A DNA stretch of 64,000 nucleotides from Planctomycetota bacterium (GTDB lineage: Bacteria > Planctomycetota > UBA1135 > UBA2386), in assembly GCA_965223545.1 (NCBI GenBank), contig OZ245006.1, forward strand, positions 5,152,001 to 5,216,000, read 5' to 3'. Under the pieces are notes generated by a model that had not been told where the DNA came from, ran no database searches, and worked only from the letters and a program-made list of their open reading frames with translations. A program made the position numbers and the translations under genes. Shown here piece after piece: positions 41,051-50,433 of this stretch. How positions within the stretch are numbered: the stretch's first letter is position 1; every line of letters begins with the position of its first letter.

Positions 41051-41769
41051 AGCAGGTTGCAGATCCACTGCATCGTGTCGAAGAACGCGTAATCAAGCAT
41101 CTTCCACACCAGCACGATCGCAATGATCCCAAACACCAGCTGCCCCCGCACCATCTCGAAGAAAGCCCCAGTCTGCCGCGGAAACAACCCCTCGACCACG
41201 CCCGCGCCATCGAACGGCGGCAGCGGCACGAGGTTGATCATCGCCAGCAGGATGTTCAAGAACAGGAACGTCGATGCGATCTTGATCACCGCGGTCATGC
41301 CGCCCGAGTCGTACTCCGGCAGTGCCCAAATGATCTGGAACGGGTGAAAGCCACGCGACTCATGCACGGCGACCCCGCTCAGCACGAGTCCCTTGAGCAC
41401 CGCGAACGCCAGCAGCGCCAGCAGGCAGTTGGAGAGCGGCCCGGCCGCCGCCATCAGCGCCGCGCGCTTGGGGTAACGCGCCGCCCACGCTGGATCGTAC
41501 GGAGCATGCGCGTAGCCCATGCACATCCGCGCATCGCTCATCACCAGCACCGCCAGCGGCAAAACGACGGTGCCGAACGGCTCGCGCTGGATGTGCGGGA
41601 TCGGGTTGAGGGTGACCTGTCCGCCGACGTAGGCGGTGCGGTCGCCGCCGAGCAGGGCCAGCAACGCGTGCGCCGCCTCGTGAAACACCAGGCTCACCAG
41701 CAGCACGACGTACAGCAGCAGGATCGTGGTCCAGTCGAGTCCCGCCAGATCGACGAACGCGCCCATCAC
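41047..41769 (-). CDS. Site-2 protease (M50)
   Basis: HEAAH; AAAGPLSN; NLVPLPPFDG. Confidence 0.92.
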   Translation of the reverse strand: MMGAFVDLAGLDWTTILLLYVVLLVSLVFHEAAHALLALLGGDRTAYVGGQVTLNPIPHIQREPFGTVVLPLAVLVMSDARMCMGYAHAPYDPAWAARYPKRAALMAAAGPLSNCLLALLAFAVLKGLVLSGVAVHESRGFHPFQIIWALPEYDSGGMTAVIKIASTFLFLNILLAMINLVPLPPFDGAGVVEGLFPRQTGAFFEMVRGQLVFGIIAIVLVWKMLDYAFFDTMQWICNLL

Positions 41770-42044
41770 TCGGCTGCGCTCTCGCCGGCGTCCGCCTCGG
41801 GCGGCGGTGCATCGTCGGCCTCGACGTCTTCGAGTCCCTCGAGCACGCGGTGCACTTTCAACTCGGCCCCGCTGATCTTCTCGTTGCAGACCCGGATCAG
41901 CATCGCGGCGCGCTCGACCTTCTCCGACAGCACGTCGACGTCGACGTCGCCGGCCTCGATCTCGCCGAGGATCCGATTCAGCTCTTCGGTCGCGGCAACG
42001 TAGGAGGGCGCCTCCGCGTCCTTGCCCTTGGCCTTCTTGCTCAT
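41766..42044 (-). CDS. xseB: Exodeoxyribonuclease VII small subunit
   Basis: SY..A.EEL..IL.EIE.G.VD.D.L..KVERA; coupled to xseA. Confidence 0.88.
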   Translation of the reverse strand: MSKKAKGKDAEAPSYVAATEELNRILGEIEAGDVDVDVLSEKVERAAMLIRVCNEKISGAELKVHRVLEGLEDVEADDAPPPEADAGESAAE

Positions 42045-43675
42045 GATCGTTCTCTTCGGGATTCGCGGTGGGTCTCGCTGTCGGTGGTGGTCGCGTGGAC
42101 GCGGCCGTCGCGCAGCGTGATGTGGATCTCGGTGCCCGGTGGCAGCTCGGTGGCGCTCTTTACGATGCCACTCGCGACGCTCTCGACCAAGGCGTAGCCG
42201 CGCTGCAGCACGCGCTTGGGGTCGAGCAGGCGCTGGCGCGTCTGCTGGCGCTCGAGCGCGTCGCGGGCGCGCTGGATCGCGCGCCGCGTCTCGCGCGCGA
42301 CGCGCAGCCGCCCGGCGTCGTGCTCGCGCCGGCCGTGCCGCAGCGCCGCGCGGCTGCCGCGGTGCAGGCGTTCGCGGGCGTTGCGCAGCTGCTGGCGGTC
42401 GCCGGCCAGGCGGCGGTGCAGCACCGAAAGCAGAGCGTGGCCGGCGCGCGCCGCGCGCTGCTCGGCGGCCAAGAGCGCACGCCTGCTGCCCAGCACCAGG
42501 GTGCGGGCGCATTCGGCCAGCTCGGCGCGGGCGCGCAGCACCTGGTCGACGAGGGCGGCGCCGACGGCGGTGGGGGTCTTCTCCGAGCGCGCGATCACGT
42601 CGAGCACCGACTGGTCCCGCTGGTGGCCGATGCCGCAGACCACCGGCAGCGGATGACGCGCGACGGCCAGCGCGACCTCGCGGTCGTCGAACCAGGCCAG
42701 GTCGGTGCGCGAGCCGCCGCCGCGCAGGATGCAGAGCACGTCGAAATCGGCGGCGCGTGCGGCAAACCAGTCGAGGCCGCGCAGCACCGTCGGCCGCAGG
42801 GCGCGGCCCTGCACGCGGATCGCGAAGCAGGTCACTTCGAAGCCGATGCCGGAGGCCTCGAGCTGCACCGCGAAGTCGTTCCAGCCGTCGGAGTCGGGGC
42901 TGGCCAGCACACCGATCCGCAGCGGTGGGTGCGGCAGCGGCAGCGACACGTTGCGCTGGTGCAGGTCGAGCGCGCGCAGCTCGCGCAGGATCTGCTCGCG
43001 CCCCAGCGCGATCGCGCCGAGGGTGAACGCCGGATCGATGTCCTCGATGATCAGCTGGTAGCGGCCGCTCTGCGGATAGATGTCGACGCGCACCAGGGCG
43101 CGGATCTCGAGGCCGTCGCGCAAGGTCAGCGGCTCCGGCGCGCGCTGCAGCTTGGCGCGCAGCGCGGTCGCCGTCTTGGCGAACAGCGCGACCTCCGCCT
43201 GCGCCGCGGGTGTGTCCTGCCCCTCGCGCTTCTCGACCAGCGAGAAGAAGACGTGCCGGCGGTCCTGGTTCTTGTCGTAGTCGACGATCTCGCCGACGAC
43301 CCAGACGGGATCCGGGAACGCGCCGCGCACCGACTCGCGCACGCGCTCGTTGAGGATCGACAGGCTGAGCGCCGGCGGGGTCTCCTTGACCGGTGGCGTG
43401 TCGGCGCCGAACAGCGTCGCCTCGCCGCTCTCGGCGGCGACCGACCCCGCAGTTCCCGCCAGCAGACTGCTCACCTCGGGCGCCATGGCGAAGCCGTGCG
43501 CCAGAAACGTGTCGACGACCTGTTCCAGTCGTTTGACCGGCACGCGCCAGACCTTGCTGCCGCGATCCCAACGGCGGCCAGGAATGGTGCGCATGCAGTC
43601 GACGAGGTCTTCGCGGTACTGGAAGCGCACCAGCAGCATCGCGCCGTCGGGGCTGAGGTCGATCGTGCCCGTCAT
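42041..43675 (-). CDS. xseA: Exodeoxyribonuclease VII large subunit with N-terminal extension
   Basis: VWVVGEI; RGGGS..DL..F; GIGH; TPTA. Confidence 0.92.
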   Translation of the reverse strand: MTGTIDLSPDGAMLLVRFQYREDLVDCMRTIPGRRWDRGSKVWRVPVKRLEQVVDTFLAHGFAMAPEVSSLLAGTAGSVAAESGEATLFGADTPPVKETPPALSLSILNERVRESVRGAFPDPVWVVGEIVDYDKNQDRRHVFFSLVEKREGQDTPAAQAEVALFAKTATALRAKLQRAPEPLTLRDGLEIRALVRVDIYPQSGRYQLIIEDIDPAFTLGAIALGREQILRELRALDLHQRNVSLPLPHPPLRIGVLASPDSDGWNDFAVQLEASGIGFEVTCFAIRVQGRALRPTVLRGLDWFAARAADFDVLCILRGGGSRTDLAWFDDREVALAVARHPLPVVCGIGHQRDQSVLDVIARSEKTPTAVGAALVDQVLRARAELAECARTLVLGSRRALLAAEQRAARAGHALLSVLHRRLAGDRQQLRNARERLHRGSRAALRHGRREHDAGRLRVARETRRAIQRARDALERQQTRQRLLDPKRVLQRGYALVESVASGIVKSATELPPGTEIHITLRDGRVHATTTDSETHRESRRERS

Positions 43676-44286
43676 CGCGCGCCCCGCGCCCCGATCTCGG
43701 TCAGGGTCTCGATCGCATCGCCCACCGCGGTCCGCGCCGCAGCCATCGTGATGAGGCGCTCGGCGGCCCGACTCAGGTCGGTCATGATCGAGGGGTCGAG
43801 GCCGCAGGGGCGGATCTTCGCGAACGGCGCGAGGTCCATGGCGACGTTGATCGAGATCCCGTGCGTGCTCACCCAGCCGCGGATCGCCACCCCGATCGAG
43901 ATCAGCTTGGCGCCGGCGACGAACACCCCCGTGCCGTCGACCGAGGGCGTCGCCGCCAGGCCGAAGCGCGCGCAGACCGCGACCCCGAAGCGCTCGAGGC
44001 GCCGCAACCACGCGCGCACATCGCGTTCGGGCAGTCTCATGACCGGGTAGACGACCAGCTGGCCGGGGCCGTGATAGGTGATCTGGCCGCCCCGTTCCAC
44101 CGCGACGACGCCGGGTGGCAGCGGCTCGGGCGTGCCGCGGCCGGCGGTGTAGACCGGCTCGTGCTCGACGGTGAAGATCTTTCCCCGCCCGCCCTTGCGC
44201 ACGTCGGCGGCGACGCTCAGCATGCGGTCCCTGGTTTCCGCGTAGTGGGCGCGCCCGAGGTCGACGATCTGAGGTGGCTGGTCCAT
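43672..44286 (-). CDS. lipB: Lipoyl(octanoyl) transferase
   Basis: EHEPVYTAG; RGGQITYHGPGQ; HGISINV; PCG. Confidence 0.93.
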   Translation of the reverse strand: MDQPPQIVDLGRAHYAETRDRMLSVAADVRKGGRGKIFTVEHEPVYTAGRGTPEPLPPGVVAVERGGQITYHGPGQLVVYPVMRLPERDVRAWLRRLERFGVAVCARFGLAATPSVDGTGVFVAGAKLISIGVAIRGWVSTHGISINVAMDLAPFAKIRPCGLDPSIMTDLSRAAERLITMAAARTAVGDAIETLTEIGARGAR

Positions 44287-44320
44287 CCGCGTAGCCGTCA
44301 GCTTAGCCCTGCTCCTGCCC

Positions 44321-44704
44321 ATGTGCTTCCTCACTGCCGCGCTGCTGTTCTGCCAGCAGCTGACCCCGACGCCCGAGATCGCCGTGCCCGGCGATGCCGT
44401 GCGTGTGGTGGTCGAGGACGCGTCGGGGGCGCCGATCGCCGCGGTGCCGGTCGACGTATGCATGCCGGGCGGCGACGTCGTCCGGCTGGGGATCGCCGGC
44501 GCCGACGGCAGCGTGCAGTTCACGCCGGTCGAAGCCGGGGACTACGAGCTCCGCGCGGAGTTGCCGGACACCGGCGTGCGGCTGTTGCGGCCGTACACAG
44601 TGCTGCCGGCGCCGCGGCGATGGTTGTACGTCTTGCTGTGCCTGCCGGCGGGCGTGCTCCTGCTGGCGTGGAACCTGCGCAACGCGTTCGGCAAGAGCGG
44701 CTGA
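44321..44704 (+). CDS. Hypothetical protein with Ig-like segment and C-terminal TM helix
   Basis: Signal-like N-terminus; V.V.DASGAP; C-terminal hydrophobic segment. Confidence 0.6.
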   Translation: MCFLTAALLFCQQLTPTPEIAVPGDAVRVVVEDASGAPIAAVPVDVCMPGGDVVRLGIAGADGSVQFTPVEAGDYELRAELPDTGVRLLRPYTVLPAPRRWLYVLLCLPAGVLLLAWNLRNAFGKSG

Positions 44705-44723
44705 CCGCCCGGCGGGCGACAGC

Positions 44724-45050
44724 TCAGGCCAGCACCTTGTCGACCATCTCCTTGACGTGGCGCAGATCCAGGTTGCCCTGGAAGCGGTCGACGACCTCGC
44801 CACCGCGGAAGAACAGGCACGTCGGCACCGCCCGCACGCCGAAGTTGACGGTCGCGTTCGGCGCCTGGTCGATGTCGACCTTGTAGACCGCGAGGCGGTC
44901 GCCGTACTCCGCCGCGACCTTGTCGATGGTCGGGGCCAGAGCCTTGCACGGCCCACACCAGGTCGCGCTGAAATCGATCAGCACCGGGACCTCGGCTTGG
45001 TTGACGACGTCGTTGATATCGGAGTCGGACAGCTCTTTGACGGTGGACAT
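44724..45050 (-). CDS. trxA: Thioredoxin
   Basis: DFSATWCGPCK. Confidence 0.95.
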   Translation of the reverse strand: MSTVKELSDSDINDVVNQAEVPVLIDFSATWCGPCKALAPTIDKVAAEYGDRLAVYKVDIDQAPNATVNFGVRAVPTCLFFRGGEVVDRFQGNLDLRHVKEMVDKVLA

Positions 45051-45216
45051 CGGCGGCTCTGGGGATGGGTTGGCGGAACGGTATTTTGGCCAGCACGGTC
45101 GAGGAGGCAAGATGCGAACCCGGCGGTTTCGGCGCGGCGGTACGAGTTTGGCGCACGGCAGAAGCGTGTCGCCTCGGGTAGGGCTACGACCCGAATCGTG
45201 CGAGCCGCACGGGGGT

Positions 45217-45531
45217 TCAACCCATGATGCTTGGCAGGTCGCGCGCGCCATGCAGAACGCGGACAACCTCGATCTTGGAATCACTTGGCAAGTAGAACAC
45301 TTGGTGCACGTTGAACGGCTTGGCCACCGGCCACTGGCGACAGCCGCGAAGTCGACTTACGACCCAGTCCTGAACAGAGCCGAGATGGGGCTGTTCGATG
45401 AGGGCCTCAAGCGTCTGGTCCACCGCATGGTAGAAGCGCAGAGCGAGTTCGACGTTCTCTTGGGTCGCGTAGAACTCAGCCGCACGGTCGATGTCCGCCT
45501 CAGCTTGCGGGCGGACGACCAGCTTCTTCAC
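45217..45531 (-). CDS. parE: ParE/RelE-family toxin
   Basis: RPQAEADI; IEVVRVLHGARDL; 4-bp overlap with the antitoxin. Confidence 0.88.
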   Translation of the reverse strand: MKKLVVRPQAEADIDRAAEFYATQENVELALRFYHAVDQTLEALIEQPHLGSVQDWVVSRLRGCRQWPVAKPFNVHQVFYLPSDSKIEVVRVLHGARDLPSIMG

Positions 45532-45806
45532 GAGCCTTTCTTCCGAGAGTGGCGGGCGAGCAGGTCCTGACGCTTGCGTTCCCAGAACTCCGGCGTGACC
45601 TCGACGGGTTCCCCGCTCTCGAGTCCTTCCATGAGCAGCGCTTCAAGCCGTTCTTGTTCGGCCCGCCGTTGGTCCTCACGAATGAGCTCGCGGACGTACT
45701 CGCTCGCAGACCCAAACCGTCCGGCGGCACGCTTCGTCACGAACGAGCGAAGCTGCTCGGGTAGCGACACGTTCATCGAGGTCATCTCGTCGGTCTTCGG
45801 GTCCAT
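45528..45806 (-). CDS. parD: ParD-family (RHH) antitoxin
   Basis: MNVSLP; FGSASEYVRELIREDQ; LLMEGLESG. Confidence 0.88.
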   Translation of the reverse strand: MDPKTDEMTSMNVSLPEQLRSFVTKRAAGRFGSASEYVRELIREDQRRAEQERLEALLMEGLESGEPVEVTPEFWERKRQDLLARHSRKKGS

Positions 45807-45812
45807 AGGACG

Positions 45813-45853
45813 ATCTTAGCAGGGATGGCACCCAGATGGCAAATTCTGCCATC
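45813..45853 (-). promoter_or_regulatory. parDE promoter with probable operator repeats
   Basis: Minus strand TTGCCA-N18-TAAGAT with an extended TG; inverted repeat GATGGCA-N5-TGCCATC plus a third GATGGCA. Confidence 0.65.
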
Positions 45854-45983
45854 GACCAATCCGTCTGGCAGCTTGAGCTGGGTTTGACCCCGAGGATCGC
45901 GTCGTCATCGGCAATCCTCGTCCCTTCAATCAGGGGAGCACCGGGGCAAGATTCTGGCCCCAATGTTTGCAACTCGTGCCCGC

Positions 45984-48131
45984 TCAGCGGCCCGTGGTTG
46001 GCGCGGTCTGTTGCCACCGCTCCGCCGCTGGGGCACGTAGCGCGTGGCCGTGCGAGGTGCGCTCGATTTTGCCCTCGACCCACCAGAAGTTGGCTTGAAG
46101 CTCGCGTAGCGAAGCGCGCAGCGCGGGCTCCAGCGCTGCTCGAATCGTCGGTGGCACGAACGCGCGCAGTCCCGGGCCGGTACCTTGGCCGCGGAAGACG
46201 ACCGCGAGGCCGCCGTTTGCCGCGTCCTCGACCTTCTCCAGCGTGCCGAACACCGTCACCGTCGCGCCGCTGTCGGCGGCGCGCTTCAGGGCGCTTGGAT
46301 CTTCGGCCGCGATGTAGCGGTCCGGCTCCGCCGCTTGCCGGTGGCGAAAGGCATCGATCGCGGCGGCGCGCGCCCGCCACCACGGCAGCAGAAGATCGTA
46401 GGGCCGCGCCGCCGAGCCGGCGTTGGTCGCTGGATCCCAGACGCCACGCCGCGCTTTGCGTGCGGCTTGCTCCGCGCGGGCGAACGCTTCGTGGCACAAG
46501 AGGCTGTTGCCATACTTGTTGAAGTAGGGGCTGCGGCCTTCGCGCACCAACTGCAGGTTGTAGTCGGTGCCGTCCGGAAGCACGACGTGACAGAGCAAGC
46601 GGCCGTATCGGTCGGCTTGCGGGGTGCCGCCGGGAAACCGCAGACCGACGCGGGCCGGCGAACTCTCGGTGGCGAGTGCGGCGAACAGCTCCGCAGCCCA
46701 CTGCGCGGTCTCGACCCCGTAACGGGTGCGCGGCTTGGTGGGCGAGGCGGCGCTATCGCTCTTCTCTTCGGTATCCACCGACAGCAACCGCAAGCGCACG
46801 CGGTTGCCGTCCATGCGCACGTGCACCGTGTCGCCGTCGACGACGCGCTCGACCTCGTACAGCTCGGTCGGGGGCGGCCACTTGCCCTCGTCGTCGATCT
46901 CGGCCAGCGGCTCGGCGACCGCGACCGGACCGTAGTGCGCGTCCGGATCGAGCCGTTCCGCGAGTGCGCTGTTCCAGTTGGAGTCCAGCCACTGCGCGAG
47001 CCGGGTCGCGATCGCGCTGCCGCGCAGGATGAGGCCGGCGTTGCGACTGGCCGAGAAGTAGTCGCCACTCCAGTTGCTCGTGCCGATCCACGCCGCGGAG
47101 TCATCGACGACCATGAGCTTGGCGTGGGCGACGCGAGCGAACGGGATGAAGCCCGTGCGCGCTGGCGGCACGGTCAGCAGCGAGACCTCGATGCCGTCGA
47201 CGCGCTGCAGCGCCTGCAGGTCGGCGATCGACTTCCGCCCCTTGGCCCAGTGGGCGACCGCCAGCCGCACCTGCACGCCGCGGACCGCGGCGCGGCGCAG
47301 GGCGGCGTCGAGCGTATCGAACGTGCCGCCGCCGCGCGTACGCCGCGAATAGGACAGCAGCTGGATGGCCACGCTCTGCTGGGCGCCGTCGATGAGCTCG
47401 AGCAGCGCGGGCAGGTCCCAGCGCGTTCCGCTCGGCACCAAGGCCAGTGGACTGAACACCGGCTGCGCCTGTACCGACGCGTCGCCGAAGCGCAGTGCGA
47501 CGGCGGCGGCGCGCGGCGTCATTGCCCGCGTCGCCTCCCGTGCCGTGGTGCCGCCCGCGAGCTGCCAATCGACGTCGAACACGTGCACGAAGGCGCGCGC
47601 GACCGCCGCGTCGTGCACGCGCACGCCGAGCTCTTGGATGTGCTCGAGAGCCCGCCAGTCGAAGTTGGCACTGCCGACCCACAGGTCGACGCCGTCGACC
47701 ACCATGTACTTCGCGTGGTGCACGCCGCCGGTGCGTGCCCGCAGATCGAGCAGTCGCACGTCGACGCCCGGGGCTCGGCGCAGCCGGTCGATGGTGTCCG
47801 GATACGTGTCGTAGAAGCCGTGGTCACTGAGAAACCGGACCGCGACGCCGCGTGCGCCGGCGGCCTCGAGCGACCGGACGATCGGCTCGAGCTGGCCGTT
47901 CGGTTGATTGCTGGCGTAGAACGAGCCGACGACCACCTCGGTCCGGGCCGCTCCGATCATCTGCAGCCAGACCGCGGCGGTGGCGGGGAGATCGGCGTGC
48001 GCGAGCGTGGTCTCCACCGGGGCGGTCTCGACCAACGCCATGGTGCCGGGCGCCAAGCCGCGGTCGGGTCCTTGCGCGATTGCGAGGAATGGCGTCGCGG
48101 CAACCGCGAGGACCGCAGTCCGCCAGCTCAC
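45984..48131 (-). CDS. Secreted phospholipase-D-family (2 HKD) + thermonuclease (SNase) fusion
   Basis: HAKYMVVD and HAKLMVVD; VVDGDT...RLLSVDTEE...DRYGRLL; signal peptide; GTG start overlaps the upstream stop. Confidence 0.85.
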   Translation of the reverse strand: MSWRTAVLAVAATPFLAIAQGPDRGLAPGTMALVETAPVETTLAHADLPATAAVWLQMIGAARTEVVVGSFYASNQPNGQLEPIVRSLEAAGARGVAVRFLSDHGFYDTYPDTIDRLRRAPGVDVRLLDLRARTGGVHHAKYMVVDGVDLWVGSANFDWRALEHIQELGVRVHDAAVARAFVHVFDVDWQLAGGTTAREATRAMTPRAAAVALRFGDASVQAQPVFSPLALVPSGTRWDLPALLELIDGAQQSVAIQLLSYSRRTRGGGTFDTLDAALRRAAVRGVQVRLAVAHWAKGRKSIADLQALQRVDGIEVSLLTVPPARTGFIPFARVAHAKLMVVDDSAAWIGTSNWSGDYFSASRNAGLILRGSAIATRLAQWLDSNWNSALAERLDPDAHYGPVAVAEPLAEIDDEGKWPPPTELYEVERVVDGDTVHVRMDGNRVRLRLLSVDTEEKSDSAASPTKPRTRYGVETAQWAAELFAALATESSPARVGLRFPGGTPQADRYGRLLCHVVLPDGTDYNLQLVREGRSPYFNKYGNSLLCHEAFARAEQAARKARRGVWDPATNAGSAARPYDLLLPWWRARAAAIDAFRHRQAAEPDRYIAAEDPSALKRAADSGATVTVFGTLEKVEDAANGGLAVVFRGQGTGPGLRAFVPPTIRAALEPALRASLRELQANFWWVEGKIERTSHGHALRAPAAERWQQTAPTTGR

Positions 48132-48994
48132 GTGCAGATCTCCATCAGAGCGCCGACGTCGTCGACGACGTGGTCGATCATGCCTTGTGTTTGCAGCTGC
48201 AGCACCCACGCCGGCGTGTGCGGGTGGCGGCGCAGCACGGTGGTGTGGGGTGCGCACGCGGCGCCGCGCGTGCGCAGCACGTGCGGCAGCGCGAGGTCGA
48301 GCGAGAACACGTCGCCGATGACGACGTCGGGGTTCTCCTCCTCGATCACCCGCGCGTAGAGCGGGCGGTCGACGCACACGCGGCGGCCGCCGGCGTCGAT
48401 GCACTCGCCCTGCTGGCCCAGCGTCTGCTTGCCGGCCTGGCCGCGGACGCGGACCGCGTGGCCGGCATCGCCGCCGGCGTCGACGCCGGCGCGCGAGAAC
48501 CACTCGACGATCTTCTCCGTCGGCGAGTTGGAGACCACCACCACCGTCACGCCCGCCGCGTGCAGCGCATCGATCACCGCGGCAGCGTGCGGCACCAGCC
48601 CGGGCGGGTGCTGGTCGCGGAACGAGCGCATGCCGTCGAGAAAGCAGCGATCGGCAAACGCGCTCAAGTCGGCGAATCCGTTGCCCAACACCGCCTCGCG
48701 GTAGGCGCGCGCCGCGTCGTCGTCGGCGGTGTCGACGAATGTGGTCAGCGAGTTGGGCACGCAGAACGGATCCTCGTCCAGATAGGCCGTGATCCGGCCG
48801 TCGGGCGCCCAGCCGTAGGCATCGGGGCGCGCGCGCACCGCCGTCTCGAAGCGGGCGAAGTCGGCGTGCGCGATGTCGGCGCTGCGCTCGGCGAGCCGCG
48901 CCGCCTCGGCGATCAGGTGGATCTTGACGTGCTCCGCCTCCAGCGCCTGGTCGGTCCAGACCCCGTCGAAGTCAGACAGCAGGGTCGTCGGCAT
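48128..48994 (-). CDS. HAD-superfamily hydrolase
   Basis: SDFDGV; VVSNS; VIGD..SLD. Confidence 0.8.
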   Translation of the reverse strand: MPTTLLSDFDGVWTDQALEAEHVKIHLIAEAARLAERSADIAHADFARFETAVRARPDAYGWAPDGRITAYLDEDPFCVPNSLTTFVDTADDDAARAYREAVLGNGFADLSAFADRCFLDGMRSFRDQHPPGLVPHAAAVIDALHAAGVTVVVVSNSPTEKIVEWFSRAGVDAGGDAGHAVRVRGQAGKQTLGQQGECIDAGGRRVCVDRPLYARVIEEENPDVVIGDVFSLDLALPHVLRTRGAACAPHTTVLRRHPHTPAWVLQLQTQGMIDHVVDDVGALMEICT

Positions 48995-49199
48995 GGTTCA
49001 TCGCGTCGAGCAGACGCTGCAGCGGGACTCCGTTGTCCTCCGCGACCTTTGCGATCGTGTCTTCCGGCTCGAAGCCGCACAGCGAGCAGCCGCCGATGTG
49101 GAAGCGCATCAAGACCACCGGCAGGTTGGGATCGGCGGCGATCGCCTCTTCCATGGTGGTGTCCGCGTCGAAGCGCGGTGAGTTGGCAGCGGGGCTCAT
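48972..49199 (-). CDS. Small DUF1858-like Cys-containing protein
   Basis: TTMEEAI...FHIGGCSLC...DTI..VA..NG; coupled to mrp. Confidence 0.7.
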   Translation of the reverse strand: MSPAANSPRFDADTTMEEAIAADPNLPVVLMRFHIGGCSLCGFEPEDTIAKVAEDNGVPLQRLLDAMNHADDPAV

Positions 49200-50290
49200 G
49201 GCGTGCTCGGGGCTCCTGGGGCCTTTGGCGGTTGGGCGTTCGCCGTGCTGATGCGCGCCGCGACGCGGCGCGCGACGTCGCGCAGCGCGGCGGCGATCGC
49301 GCTGTCGGGGTGCGAGCGCACCACCGGCGCACCGGTGTCGCCGCCCTCGCGCACGGCGAGGTCGATCGGCAGCTGGCCGAGCAGGGGCACGTCGAACTCG
49401 CGTTCGATCCGCGCGCCGCCGCCTTCGCCAAAGATGGCGAACTGCTGCTCCTGACCGGGCGGCTGGAAGTACGCCATGTTCTCGACCACGCCGAGCACCG
49501 GCACCTTGACCGTGTCGAACATGCGGATCGCCTTGCGCACGTCGTGCACGGCGACCTCCTGCGGCGTGGTGACGACGATTGCGCCGGCGATGTGCGCCTG
49601 CTGCGCGAGCGACAGCTGCGCATCGCCGGTACCGGGCGGCAGATCGACGACCAAGTAATCGAGGTCGTCCCACAGCACGTCGAACAAGAACTGCTTGATC
49701 GCGCTGTGCAGCATCGGCCCGCGCCAGATCACCGGCTGCTCCTCGGGCACCAGCAGGCCGATGCTCATCACCTGCACGCCGTCCTTGACGAAGGGGTAGA
49801 TCTTGTCTTTGGCGCCCTCGGGCTTGCCGCGCACTCCCATCATCATCGGCACGTTTGGGCCGTAGAGATCGGCGTCGAGGATGCCTGTGCGCGCGCCGAG
49901 CGCGTGCAGCGCGCAGGCGAGGTTGACGGCGACGGTCGACTTGCCGACCCCGCCCTTGCCGGACGAGACCGCGAGGACGTTGCGCACACCGGGGATCGCC
50001 GGCCGGTCGTCGTAGCTCGGCTTGCTGGTCGTGACCTGTGCGGTCATCTGCACGCGGACCTCGGCGACTCCCGGCAGCGCGCGCACCACGTCCTCGGCCT
50101 GCGCCCGCAGCTGGTCCTTGACCGGACACGCCGGCGTGGTGAGCTCGACCGAGAAGGCGACGTTGCCGCCACAGATTCGCAGGTCCTTGACGAAGCCCAG
50201 CGCGACGATGTCGCGGCGCAGGTCGGGGTCCTGCACCGCGCTGAGCGCGGTCAGGACTTGTTGTTCGGTGACGGCGGCGGAGGTGCTCAT
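49196..50290 (-). CDS. mrp: Mrp/ApbC Fe-S cluster carrier ATPase
   Basis: DPDL..DIV.LG; TTPACP; GKGGVGKS; DLPPGTGD; VVENM. Confidence 0.93.
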   Translation of the reverse strand: MSTSAAVTEQQVLTALSAVQDPDLRRDIVALGFVKDLRICGGNVAFSVELTTPACPVKDQLRAQAEDVVRALPGVAEVRVQMTAQVTTSKPSYDDRPAIPGVRNVLAVSSGKGGVGKSTVAVNLACALHALGARTGILDADLYGPNVPMMMGVRGKPEGAKDKIYPFVKDGVQVMSIGLLVPEEQPVIWRGPMLHSAIKQFLFDVLWDDLDYLVVDLPPGTGDAQLSLAQQAHIAGAIVVTTPQEVAVHDVRKAIRMFDTVKVPVLGVVENMAYFQPPGQEQQFAIFGEGGGARIEREFDVPLLGQLPIDLAVREGGDTGAPVVRSHPDSAIAAALRDVARRVAARISTANAQPPKAPGAPSTP

Positions 50291-50433
50291 GTCGGTGGGG
50301 TCTCGAGCGCGCCGCGCGGACGTTCGCAAGGCGTGGTCGGCCCGGCATCTTGGTGCATCTTCGGGGGCTGTGCAACGCCGCCCGGCTGCGGGGTCGTTGC
50401 GCGGGTGCTCCGCGCGGTGAGAATGGGGGCGTC

